From Gemmatimonadales bacterium (GTDB taxonomy: Bacteria; Gemmatimonadota; Gemmatimonadetes; Gemmatimonadales; GWC2-71-9): a stretch of DNA of 64,000 nt. The notes under the pieces were generated by a model, which had not been told where the DNA came from, searched no databases, and saw only the letters and a list, made by a program, of their open reading frames with translations. Position 1 is the first letter of the stretch, and every line of letters starts with the position of its first letter. A program made the position numbers and the translations under genes. Location: contig JBFXAY010000004.1 of NCBI GenBank assembly GCA_050183815.1, forward strand, positions 976 to 64,975, in the 5' to 3' direction. Below, piece by piece: positions 18,182 to 25,722 of this stretch.

Positions 18182-19237
18182 CTAGTCATCTCGCTTCGGC
18201 CTCCTGTGCCCGGATCGACAATGATCCAGGCATTCCAGTCCATCCTGCCCTGGGAGTGAAGGCGAAGCCACGCCCGGCCATCCGGGGCCGAAAGCGCTTT
18301 CCGCTACCCCACCCCGCGACGACGGCCGAATCAAGGCCGATCGAACGGCAGTTGCCGATAGGGCAACGCCAGCGCGTTGCTTCGCTGGACCAGAGAGCAC
18401 CCGAACAACGCTGTCGACGGTCCGCGTGACCAGAGCCTCGGTAACGGTGACGGGTGGCACTTCGAGCAATGCAACGCCGGTGGTGTCGCCGGCCGGCCCA
18501 AGCCGCAGAACCCTCACCTCACCGGAGCCAGCGCCCTTACTGACCACCATCAGGTGCCGCCCACCAGGGTCAACCGCCGAAAGGACACGGTCCACAAACG
18601 GCTGCGCCAAGTCAAAGGCGCCCGGTCCCGCGGCGATTCTCAAGGCAAGATCTTCGTCAACCCAAGTGGCAATTGTCCTGGGGGCCTCACCCTCAGCAAG
18701 ACGTACCACTGAGGTGGTCCGCCTCTTCGAGCCAGGCCCCCGAACGGACGACCCGTCATTCTTGAATACCAGGACCGAACCGTCCTCCGTCATCGCCGCC
18801 GGCCCGACAACGCTGAGCTGACGGGTGCGGACCGTCCGGTAGTCGGCGCTGAAGGTTGTCACCCGTCTGAGCATCGGGTCGGAAACCCACACGCCGTCGC
18901 GGCCCCGCCCTATGAGGAGCGGAAGCCGGAATTCGCCGGGCCCGTCGCCAGCCCGTCCAACCCTCGCGACGAATGTTCCGCTCGCGGTGAAGCGAAGGAG
19001 CGCGCGTTCGCCCAGATCGCTGACCAGGAATGTACCGTCATCCAACGCGAGCACCCCACTGACCCTCGACAGCGAATACCCGGGTCCGTCGCTTGGAATC
19101 TCAGCCACAACTGTCATCTGCGACCGAGCCTGTCCTCCGGGCTGTACGACGGACGGCGACAACACCGTGGCAGCAATCAAGAGAATCGGCACACGCGTCA
19201 AACTGGTCCTCCATCTGACAAATGGCGCAATAGCCAC
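18182..19237 (-). CDS. '6-bladed beta-propeller'-type exported protein, paralogue 1 (3' end possibly frameshifted or decayed)
   Basis: GTG start with a signal-like N-terminus. The motif GRAGDGPGEFRLP is shared with the paralogue at 20547-21746 (GGRGSGPGEFAAP). GC3 is lower than in the flanks. The last ~50 codons look non-homologous, while a different frame (from ~18240 downward) reads like the expected propeller C-terminus. Confidence 0.5.
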   Translation of the reverse strand: MAIAPFVRWRTSLTRVPILLIAATVLSPSVVQPGGQARSQMTVVAEIPSDGPGYSLSRVSGVLALDDGTFLVSDLGERALLRFTASGTFVARVGRAGDGPGEFRLPLLIGRGRDGVWVSDPMLRRVTTFSADYRTVRTRQLSVVGPAAMTEDGSVLVFKNDGSSVRGPGSKRRTTSVVRLAEGEAPRTIATWVDEDLALRIAAGPGAFDLAQPFVDRVLSAVDPGGRHLMVVSKGAGSGEVRVLRLGPAGDTTGVALLEVPPVTVTEALVTRTVDSVVRVLSGPAKQRAGVALSATAVRSALIRPSSRGGVAESAFGPGWPGVASPSLPGQDGLECLDHCRSGHRRPKRDD

Positions 19238-19261
19238 GGCGACCTCCGGACCCTAGGGACA

Positions 19262-19279
19262 CCTAGCTAGCTAGCTAGG
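19262..19279. repeat. Perfect 18-bp palindrome CCTAGCTAGCTAGCTAGG (four tandem CTAG units; TAG in all three frames on both strands)
   Basis: Read directly from the sequence. A fifth CTAG lies in CCCTAGGG at 19251-19258. The stop codon of the 162-aa ORF is the last TAG of the palindrome. Confidence 0.95.
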
Positions 19280-19763
19280 CGATTCCAAATCCGCTCGTCA
19301 GAATCGTCCGGGGGGGCGCCTGTACCCCCCAGAAATCCCTCGTTGCCTGACGCAGGGTGCGCTCGCCGTCTGTCCCGGCAAGTACCTCTGCGAGGCGCAC
19401 GGCCAACCTTGCGGCCGATCCCAGCATCGGCGCACCCGTCAGCGCAGCCATGATGTCATCTGGCCGGCTCCACGAACCGATCCGCCGGTAGGCAGCCCAG
19501 GTCTCATCAAATCGTCTCGGGCTGTTGCGCCTCGCCCAACTCAGAGCGACGGCCGCGCCGACGGCGGTTCGCAGCTCGAACGCCCCCTTGCCGATGACCT
19601 GGCACCCGGATCCCCAGTAGACCCCTGTCAGTGCGCGCACGAGTCGGTAGGTGAGCCCCTCGACATCGCCGGCCACCGCATCGCGCAGGAGGGTCTCATC
19701 GATTTCGATGGCAGTTCTGAGTAGGTCACCGGGTGCAAACGGGCGGTCATCCTGACAAATCAT
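19275..19763 (-). CDS. Hypothetical protein (orphan cassette, gene 2)
   Basis: 162-aa ORF. It overlaps the upstream ORF by 17 nt (ATGATTTGTCAGGATGA). No signal peptide and no motif I recognise. Composition is plausible and GC3 is reduced. Confidence 0.5.
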   Translation of the reverse strand: MICQDDRPFAPGDLLRTAIEIDETLLRDAVAGDVEGLTYRLVRALTGVYWGSGCQVIGKGAFELRTAVGAAVALSWARRNSPRRFDETWAAYRRIGSWSRPDDIMAALTGAPMLGSAARLAVRLAEVLAGTDGERTLRQATRDFWGVQAPPRTILTSGFGIA

Positions 19764-20514
19764 GACTGCGTCTGGAGGGGAGATGCCGAAGTGCTCCCCG
19801 CACGGCGTCGAGCGCGGCGCAAACGCCGCGGCGAAACAGGGCGAGATGGGGTCGAAGCCGTTCAGCGAGCGCCTCGCTCAACCAGATGGAACTTCCGGCG
19901 TACTCCAGCTCCAGCGGGTGTTCGTCCACGAAGAGAGCCCCGGCCAGGACTTGTCCACCAGAGATCGACCCATCCAACGTACGAACAAATGCGGAATTGA
20001 GAAATCGGAGGTTCTCATCGACGACTACTGCATAGGTGGGCGCCGCCTTGCCACCGGGTGGGCTTGGGACCCATGAGTAGGCGCCGTCGCGAAGCAGGTT
20101 CGTCGGAAGCATGAGGATGTTCGGCGACGCTGGTTCGTTGGGCCGCCACACGAATTGATACTTCAGGACGCCACCTTGAGTGCGCCGCCAATCCGCGGGG
20201 CCGAAAAAGATCCCCAGCCAATCTTGTTCACCATCCAACTCTGGAACCGTGTTCAAGTGCTCGAGGAGAAACGGCGACCCGGTCAGGTCCGCAGCCACCA
20301 TGCCAGCCTCAACAGGCTTGGTGGTGCGAATCGACTGTTCGACTTGAAAAACGATGCCGTCTCCTCCAGGTGTCAGTTCGACCCGGCAGTCCCCAAGCTC
20401 GATGCCGGGCGTCAGCCGCCGACGAAGGTGAGCGTAGCGAGTCCGCCTCTGTCGCTCCCCGAAGATGCGTCGTACTAGAGACTGATGCGGTTCAACCGGC
20501 AAGAGGTGGGTCAT
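19747..20514 (-). CDS. Hypothetical protein (orphan cassette, gene 1)
   Basis: 255-aa ORF, the longest frame in this interval. Clearly lower GC3 than core genes. No signal peptide and no recognisable catalytic motif. Confidence 0.5.
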   Translation of the reverse strand: MTHLLPVEPHQSLVRRIFGERQRRTRYAHLRRRLTPGIELGDCRVELTPGGDGIVFQVEQSIRTTKPVEAGMVAADLTGSPFLLEHLNTVPELDGEQDWLGIFFGPADWRRTQGGVLKYQFVWRPNEPASPNILMLPTNLLRDGAYSWVPSPPGGKAAPTYAVVVDENLRFLNSAFVRTLDGSISGGQVLAGALFVDEHPLELEYAGSSIWLSEALAERLRPHLALFRRGVCAALDAVRGALRHLPSRRSHDLSG

Positions 20515-20546
20515 CGTATCCGAAGCTCGAGGAAGTACCCCTGAAG

Positions 20547-21746
20547 TCAGCGCGGCCGAGGCGGAGAGGTCGGGCGCCGGCCTGGTCCGATCCGGCCGCT
20601 GTCACCCGCGCAGCCGTAGGCCAGCCGCACGACCTCCAATTCCTCCAGGCCGTCGGCGCTCTCGGCAAGCCGGAAGGCCCACTCCGCCCTGCTCGAAGGT
20701 AGGTACGCACCATCGAACCCGAACGATGCGGCAACGGTATCGCGCCGAAGATCGATCACATCAAGCACCGTCTCATAGTTCGCCAGCATGGCGGCGAGGC
20801 TGAACCGCGGTCGTTCGCCCCCGGATACGGCACCTTTCCACTCCGGGGGCATCCAGCGCCCCTTCGATGCGGCCGTTGGACGAATCGAGTACACCCAGAG
20901 CAGCGAATCCCCGGCGACCCTTAGTCCAACGACTCCCGGGTGCAGCATCATTGGTACGGCTCGATCATCCTCCACGGACGGCACCCAGTCTTTGAACCAC
21001 GTCGGGCGGGCCCTCAGCGTCCTGACGAGCACGCCGCGCGCGGTCCACTCCTCCACGCTGAACCGGTGCGGTCGAGTGACAAAGACCGTGCGCCGCCCAA
21101 GACCACCCTCCCGGAGACCGAGACCCGGATGGGTACCCGGCCGATTGGTGGACTCGGTGTCGCCAAACGACGCGATGAGGTTGCCGGTGGAGCCGATCTG
21201 GTGGACGGGGAGGCCGGTGGACCTCGGCGTCGGTCCGGCGCCGTTCACGTACAGCGAGCCGTCGCTACCGAGGCCGAGAATCCGTTGGACGGAGAGCGGG
21301 AGGGCCGTCGATCGCACGAACCTGAGGTCGGGGCTCAGGACGGACCATCGTCTCAACTGGCGGTCGAACACGTGGACCGAGTCGCCGACACCCTGCAGGG
21401 CACCCAGCGGCGCAGCGAACTCACCCGGCCCCGAACCCCGCCCGCCCACGCGCCCCTGAAACGCGCCCTGGGCAGAATACACCTCCACTGCCCCCGGATC
21501 ACCTGCCGGGGCCACCAGGAACCTCCCGCCCGCCAGCGGAGTCACTCCCGGCAGCCAGCCCTGGCTCCACGGCCTGCCGCCGCCCGAACCAAGCCGGACA
21601 GCAGGCAGAGCAACGATCCGACACTCGGGCGGTGTCGCCGCCCGCGCCGAGGGACGCTGACCGGAGTGTTCCGTTTCGCCAGCGAAGCCAAGTGCCGGCA
21701 GGCAGACCAGAACGGTCAGGAGGCATTTGGCGAAACTTGGGCGCAT
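20547..21746 (-). CDS. '6-bladed beta-propeller'-type exported protein, paralogue 2 (apparently intact)
   Basis: 399 aa. Signal peptide MRPSFAKCLLTVLVCLPALGFA and GGRGSGPGEFAAP. The C-terminal pattern VLDVIDLRRDTV ... LEVVRLAY is typical of this family. Confidence 0.65.
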   Translation of the reverse strand: MRPSFAKCLLTVLVCLPALGFAGETEHSGQRPSARAATPPECRIVALPAVRLGSGGGRPWSQGWLPGVTPLAGGRFLVAPAGDPGAVEVYSAQGAFQGRVGGRGSGPGEFAAPLGALQGVGDSVHVFDRQLRRWSVLSPDLRFVRSTALPLSVQRILGLGSDGSLYVNGAGPTPRSTGLPVHQIGSTGNLIASFGDTESTNRPGTHPGLGLREGGLGRRTVFVTRPHRFSVEEWTARGVLVRTLRARPTWFKDWVPSVEDDRAVPMMLHPGVVGLRVAGDSLLWVYSIRPTAASKGRWMPPEWKGAVSGGERPRFSLAAMLANYETVLDVIDLRRDTVAASFGFDGAYLPSSRAEWAFRLAESADGLEELEVVRLAYGCAGDSGRIGPGRRPTSPPRPR

Positions 21747-21821
21747 GGCCGAGTCTGCGATACTGAACGGGGGTGAAGGTCAGAACGTGCTGGGCCAAGA
21801 GACACGCCCGACCAAATCGTG

Positions 21822-22226
21822 CTACCGGACCTTGACCTTTGCGGAAACGACCGGCAACCCCGAGGGCAGGGCCGTCGAATGCACCCAGTAGTCGCCTGGC
21901 CCACTCTCAACCCGAGTGGCGCCATGCCCCCAGGCGCTGTCTCCCGGTTGCAGCACCACCCGCATGCTGCTTGCGACGCAATATCGCACAAACCCGCTCC
22001 ACGGTTCGACGGCCGTTTTCCCACGGGTGACGGTGTACTGCAGCCAGCAGGACGGGAAGACCACTGAAACGGAGTCCGGCCCGAGATTCCGAATCGTGGT
22101 CGTCACCTCGATGCGTTCTCCCGAATGCACGACCGCCGGCTCGACGCGGGTGGCAACCACGAGGGAGCCAACCGTCTGGGACGGCGTGAAGAGCTCCCCG
22201 CACGCAGTCAGCAGGACGCCGACCAC
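21822..22226 (-). CDS. Small lipoprotein with a BsuPI-like (intracellular proteinase inhibitor, Ig-fold) pattern
   Basis: LLTAC lipobox. IRNLGPDSVSVVFPSCWLQYTV ... VLQPGDS resembles the BsuPI fold signature. The tracked GTG start leaves only 8 residues before the lipobox Cys. An in-frame CTG at 22247, preceded by GGGAGG plus 5 nt, would give a proper signal (MSIRSVVVVGVLLTAC). Confidence 0.5.
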   Translation of the reverse strand: MVGVLLTACGELFTPSQTVGSLVVATRVEPAVVHSGERIEVTTTIRNLGPDSVSVVFPSCWLQYTVTRGKTAVEPWSGFVRYCVASSMRVVLQPGDSAWGHGATRVESGPGDYWVHSTALPSGLPVVSAKVKVR

Positions 22227-22478
22227 AACAACCGAACGGATGGACAGATTGGCCTCCCGTAGCCCTCACCCATAGTTATTGCCACCGTGATCTCCTGGCA
22301 ACTGGCCATGCGGCGCACGAACCGGTAGGCCTGTTCCTGGCTCTTGACCCGGCCGCATGACGAATCGGTTACGGCCGCCCCACCAAACCCGCCCAGCTTG
22401 GACCATGCCGAGTTGCGCCATGTCCAAAACGGCCACCGAACCGCGCCCTTGGGGATAGCCCCACCCCAAGGACACCCA

Positions 22479-23414
22479 GTGCGACTTCTCGAATTGGCCG
22501 GCCCGGGCCGATCCCGGTACGTGCTTCCCGCGACCCTGGCGGCTCTCCTCTGCGGCTGGACCGCACCGGCCGCCGCCCAGACCCACGAGCCCGCCGTCTC
22601 GTTCCACAGCCTCCTGCGCCAGATCCCCTCGGTCAAGAACGGCCAGCCGAGCTGGAGCGTCAATTTCGCCGACATCCTGTTCGCCCCCGCCGGCAACTTC
22701 ACGGCCAAGGTCCTCCTCAAATCGGGCGATGAGACCCTGGCCGAGTTCCCCGCGACGATCTCCCAGCGGGTCGGTACGATCGCCCGGATCCGGTGGAAGT
22801 TCGCCTTCACGCCCCTCGGCACGGCCGACGGGCCCCGCTCACTCGAAGTGCTCGTCGACGACCGACTGGTGGGCAAACTGGAGCTCGCGGTCCGGAAGAC
22901 CGGCAGCGGCGACGCGTTTGGCACCGGCGACCAATTCGACCTCGAGGGTCCCTGGTCAACCCATGGCCAGCTCGTCTACTCGACCAAGGACGGCGACCAG
23001 CAACGGATCCAGTTCGTCTACTGGGCCAAGCAGAGCGACCTCGGCGGGCCGAAAAAGGGCATGCTGGAGCTGGTGATGCGCCGCGGCGCAAAGGTACTGG
23101 CCACGGCCAGGCCGAGGGAAATCAGCTATCCGGAATACCTTCGGATGGAGCAGCCGCTGCTCAAGCCGGACGGCAACGCGCTGATGGCGCCGGACCTCGC
23201 CGGGATGGCCGGCCCATTCGTCGTCGAAGTCAAACACCAGGGCAAGGTCATCCGGACATTCTCCGGAGCGATCGCGGACGGGAAATTCGTCGCGCACGAG
23301 CGGAGCAACCTCGACTACGCGGACCGCACCCGGTTCCTGTCCCCCCGGGAAATGAGCGGCGGCGGCGGCAGTCTGTCCGAGGACCTCTACACCTGGGTCA
23401 CCACGGCCAAGTAG
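22479..23414 (+). CDS. Hypothetical exported protein
   Basis: Very high GC3 through the body. A GTG at 22479 gives a signal peptide (MRLLELAGPGRSRYVLPATLAALLCGWTAPAAAQ). The tracked ORF starts at 22344. No recognisable domain. Confidence 0.6.
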   Translation: MRLLELAGPGRSRYVLPATLAALLCGWTAPAAAQTHEPAVSFHSLLRQIPSVKNGQPSWSVNFADILFAPAGNFTAKVLLKSGDETLAEFPATISQRVGTIARIRWKFAFTPLGTADGPRSLEVLVDDRLVGKLELAVRKTGSGDAFGTGDQFDLEGPWSTHGQLVYSTKDGDQQRIQFVYWAKQSDLGGPKKGMLELVMRRGAKVLATARPREISYPEYLRMEQPLLKPDGNALMAPDLAGMAGPFVVEVKHQGKVIRTFSGAIADGKFVAHERSNLDYADRTRFLSPREMSGGGGSLSEDLYTWVTTAK

Positions 23415-23427
23415 CGCCCCGCCCCGC

Positions 23428-24983
23428 TCAGTTCGGAAGGATCCGCGCCACCCGGGTGGGATGAATCGCGGGCGAGGCCCCGACGCAATCCAGACCGCCC
23501 CGGTCCGCGGGTCGATCGTCAGATGTCGCATCGACGCCCCGCGGGTCGGCACCCGGATCGTCTCGATCCGCCGATCCCTCGGCGTGTAGTGGTAGACCAC
23601 GTCGGCCGCTGCGGTACCGATCCAGACGCTCCCATCCGTGGGACTCACCCGAGCCACATACGGCAGCGAGTTCGGAATCGGCAGTTCGACCCGCTCGAAC
23701 TGCCGCGTCCGGGGATCGAGCCGGAACAGCGCCGACCCGCTGTACGACGGAATCCAGAGGATCCCGTCCGGGCCAACGTCGAACCGGCGCGGGCCGGCAT
23801 CCCGCTCCGGCAGGGCGATCGAATCCCAGCGCCCGGTCCGCGGGTCGAACGACACCAGTCGGCTTCCATGCAGCAGCGACACCCACACCACGCCATCCGG
23901 CCCCACCCGCAACTCGTACGGAATCGGGCTCGGCCCGATGGCGTCGCCCCGGGGCAGCGGTCCGGTTTCGACCCGGAGGCCGAGGGCGGGACCCGGCGTG
24001 ACTCGCGCGAGCCGGAGCGAGTCCACCGCGAAGTGGTCGTTTGCCCACACCTGGCCGTTCGCCCCGACGCCGATGCTGTGCGCATAGCGACCGAAATCGG
24101 CGAAGTCCCAGCGATCGGCACCCGGGCGGTAGCGAGCCACCTTGCCGGGGCCGCCGAGCAGCACCCACCAGTCGCCGCCCCGGTCGACCTCGATTGCGCG
24201 CGGGTTGGCATTCGGAACGGGAATCGGAATCGTCGTGATCCCGCCGGTCGCGGGGTCGAGCACCAGGAGCCGATGGGTGAACATGCCCGTCACCACGACT
24301 CCCCCGGAGGAATCGACCGCCACGTCGTGCGGCAGGTCGGGTCCCGGCAGGTCGTACTCCGTCACCGTGAATCCCGTGGCCGCCTGCGGCGCCTCGGCCG
24401 GTTCGGCCCGACCTCGGTTGTGGCGCAGCAGCCAGGCCACGAGGTCGAGTTCGCCGGGCGCCCCGCCGATGATCGGAAAGCCCGACTGCGGCCCGAAGTT
24501 GGTGAGCATTCGATCCACGTCGGTGTGCCACGCGTCGGCGGGTCTCGGCACCCCGTTCCGGAGTGACCGGGTCTCGTTGAACTGATGACACCCGGTGCAG
24601 TCGAGAATGAACCACCGGCGCTCCCGTCCCTCGGGAAACTGGTTGAGCCACGCGGCGGAGGAGTGCAGCGGCGTCGAGCGCGGCCGCGCGCTCAAACGGA
24701 CGATCGGACCGGCCACGGCATCCGTCGCTGGAGCCCCCTCGAAGCGGGGATCATCGACGCCAACGCGGAAGGGCCCGTGGTCCGGAACCGAGATCGTGAA
24801 CCGACCGCCGGCGTCGCTCACTGCGGCATGCCGCACCTCGCGCCCCGCCCGGGCCGCGACCACCATGACCCCGCCGACGGGCCGACCCGCCCCATCCGCC
24901 ACCACGCCCGACAATACCGGACCCGGAGCCGGCGGCGCCGAGAGGACAAGCGCCGCCGACGCGGCCAGGATGATCGTTCTCAT
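23428..24983 (-). CDS. Exported protein: carboxypeptidase-regulatory-like domain + CXXCH heme motif + Vgb-like (streptogramin-lyase-type) beta-propeller repeats. Needs a one-base frame change near 23478-23481.
   Basis: Start at ATG 24983 (MRTIILAASAALVLSA). GVVADGAGRPVGGVMVVA ... GRFTI (CarboxypepD_reg-like), then CTGCHQF, then repeated propeller units. The tracked 694-aa frame runs 470 nt antisense into the 22479-23414 gene. A second frame ends ASPAIHPTRVARILPN-stop at 23428, 13 nt from that gene. The two frames meet at a CCCC/GGGG run. Confidence 0.6.
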
Positions 24984-25040
24984 TCTCAATCCTACGGGAC
25001 CGCGCTCGGACCGTTTCCGGGAACCCGGCGAGGGCGACAA

Positions 25041-25072
25041 AGAAAAAGGGGTGCCGCGAAGCCACCCCTTTC
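25041..25072 (-). terminator. Intrinsic terminator downstream of the fasciclin gene
   Basis: On the minus strand: AAGGGGTG-gcttcgcgg-CACCCCTT followed by TTTCTTTG. Confidence 0.65.
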
Positions 25073-25094
25073 ACGCTTCGGGCGAAGCCCGCGG

Positions 25095-25589
25095 TCAGGG
25101 AAGGAGGACCGCGTCGATGACGTGGATGACCCCGTTCGACGCCTTGATGTCGGTCTTCACGACGTTCGCATTGCCGACCATCACCTTGCCGTCCATCACG
25201 TGGATCGAAACGTCCTTGCCGTTGACCGTCTTGGCCGACTTGAGGCTCACGACCTGCGCAGCCTCGACGGCACCCGGCACGACGTGATAAGTCAGGATCG
25301 CCGCGAGCTTCTCCTTGTCCTTGAGGAGCGCGTCGACCGTTCCCGCCGGCAGCTTGGCAAACGCTTCGTCCGTCGGAGCAAACACGGTGAACGGACCGGG
25401 ACCCTTGAGGGTCTCCACGAGCCCGGCCGCCTGCGCCGCCGCGATCAGCGTCTTGAACGTCCCGGCCGAAGCGGCCACGTCGACGATCGTGTTGTTGGCC
25501 TTGGTCATGTCGTGCGCCATGCCCTGGGCATTTGCCTGCGCGACGGGCACCGCGAGGAGACCAGCGACTGCGAGAATCCGGCTGAACAT
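25095..25589 (-). CDS. Exported fasciclin (FAS1) domain protein
   Basis: Start at the internal ATG 25589 ([22 protein letters not shown]). [29 protein letters not shown] and [13 protein letters not shown] are classic FAS1 H1/YH/H2 motifs. Confidence 0.9.
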   Translation of the reverse strand: MFSRILAVAGLLAVPVAQANAQGMAHDMTKANNTIVDVAASAGTFKTLIAAAQAAGLVETLKGPGPFTVFAPTDEAFAKLPAGTVDALLKDKEKLAAILTYHVVPGAVEAAQVVSLKSAKTVNGKDVSIHVMDGKVMVGNANVVKTDIKASNGVIHVIDAVLLP

Positions 25590-25658
25590 GTGTTGCCTCC
25601 AGGTTATTGATGACCGTGAGAACCACCTGGCCACCAAGATATGGTGTTGTACTGGTCA

Positions 25659-25691
25659 TGTCAAGGTTATTACTTGGACAATATCTTGACA
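25659..25691. promoter_or_regulatory. Candidate operator/promoter for the B12-MerR regulator and the divergent fasciclin gene
   Basis: Low-GC intergenic region. Inverted TGTCAAG (25659-25665) and CTTGACA (25685-25691), with a third related unit CTTGGACA (25673-25680). The last unit contains a TTGACA -35-like hexamer 31 nt upstream of the ATG at 25723. Confidence 0.4.
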
Positions 25692-25722
25692 GAAGCAGAA
25701 CGAGTCACCAGATTGATACCCC

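Noticed and set aside
18023-22340. Interpreting the low-GC3 block as a classical genomic island, prophage or integrative element
   Set aside because: No integrase, excisionase, transposase, tRNA target or flanking direct repeats are visible. Only compositional deviation and accessory-type content support foreign origin.
22956-23427. 3' extension of the 694-aa minus-strand ORF overlapping the 22479-23414 gene
   Set aside because: The tail (…PRPRFIPPGWRGSFRTERGG…) has shadow-ORF composition and lies antisense to a plus-strand gene with excellent GC3. An alternative frame terminates cleanly at 23428.
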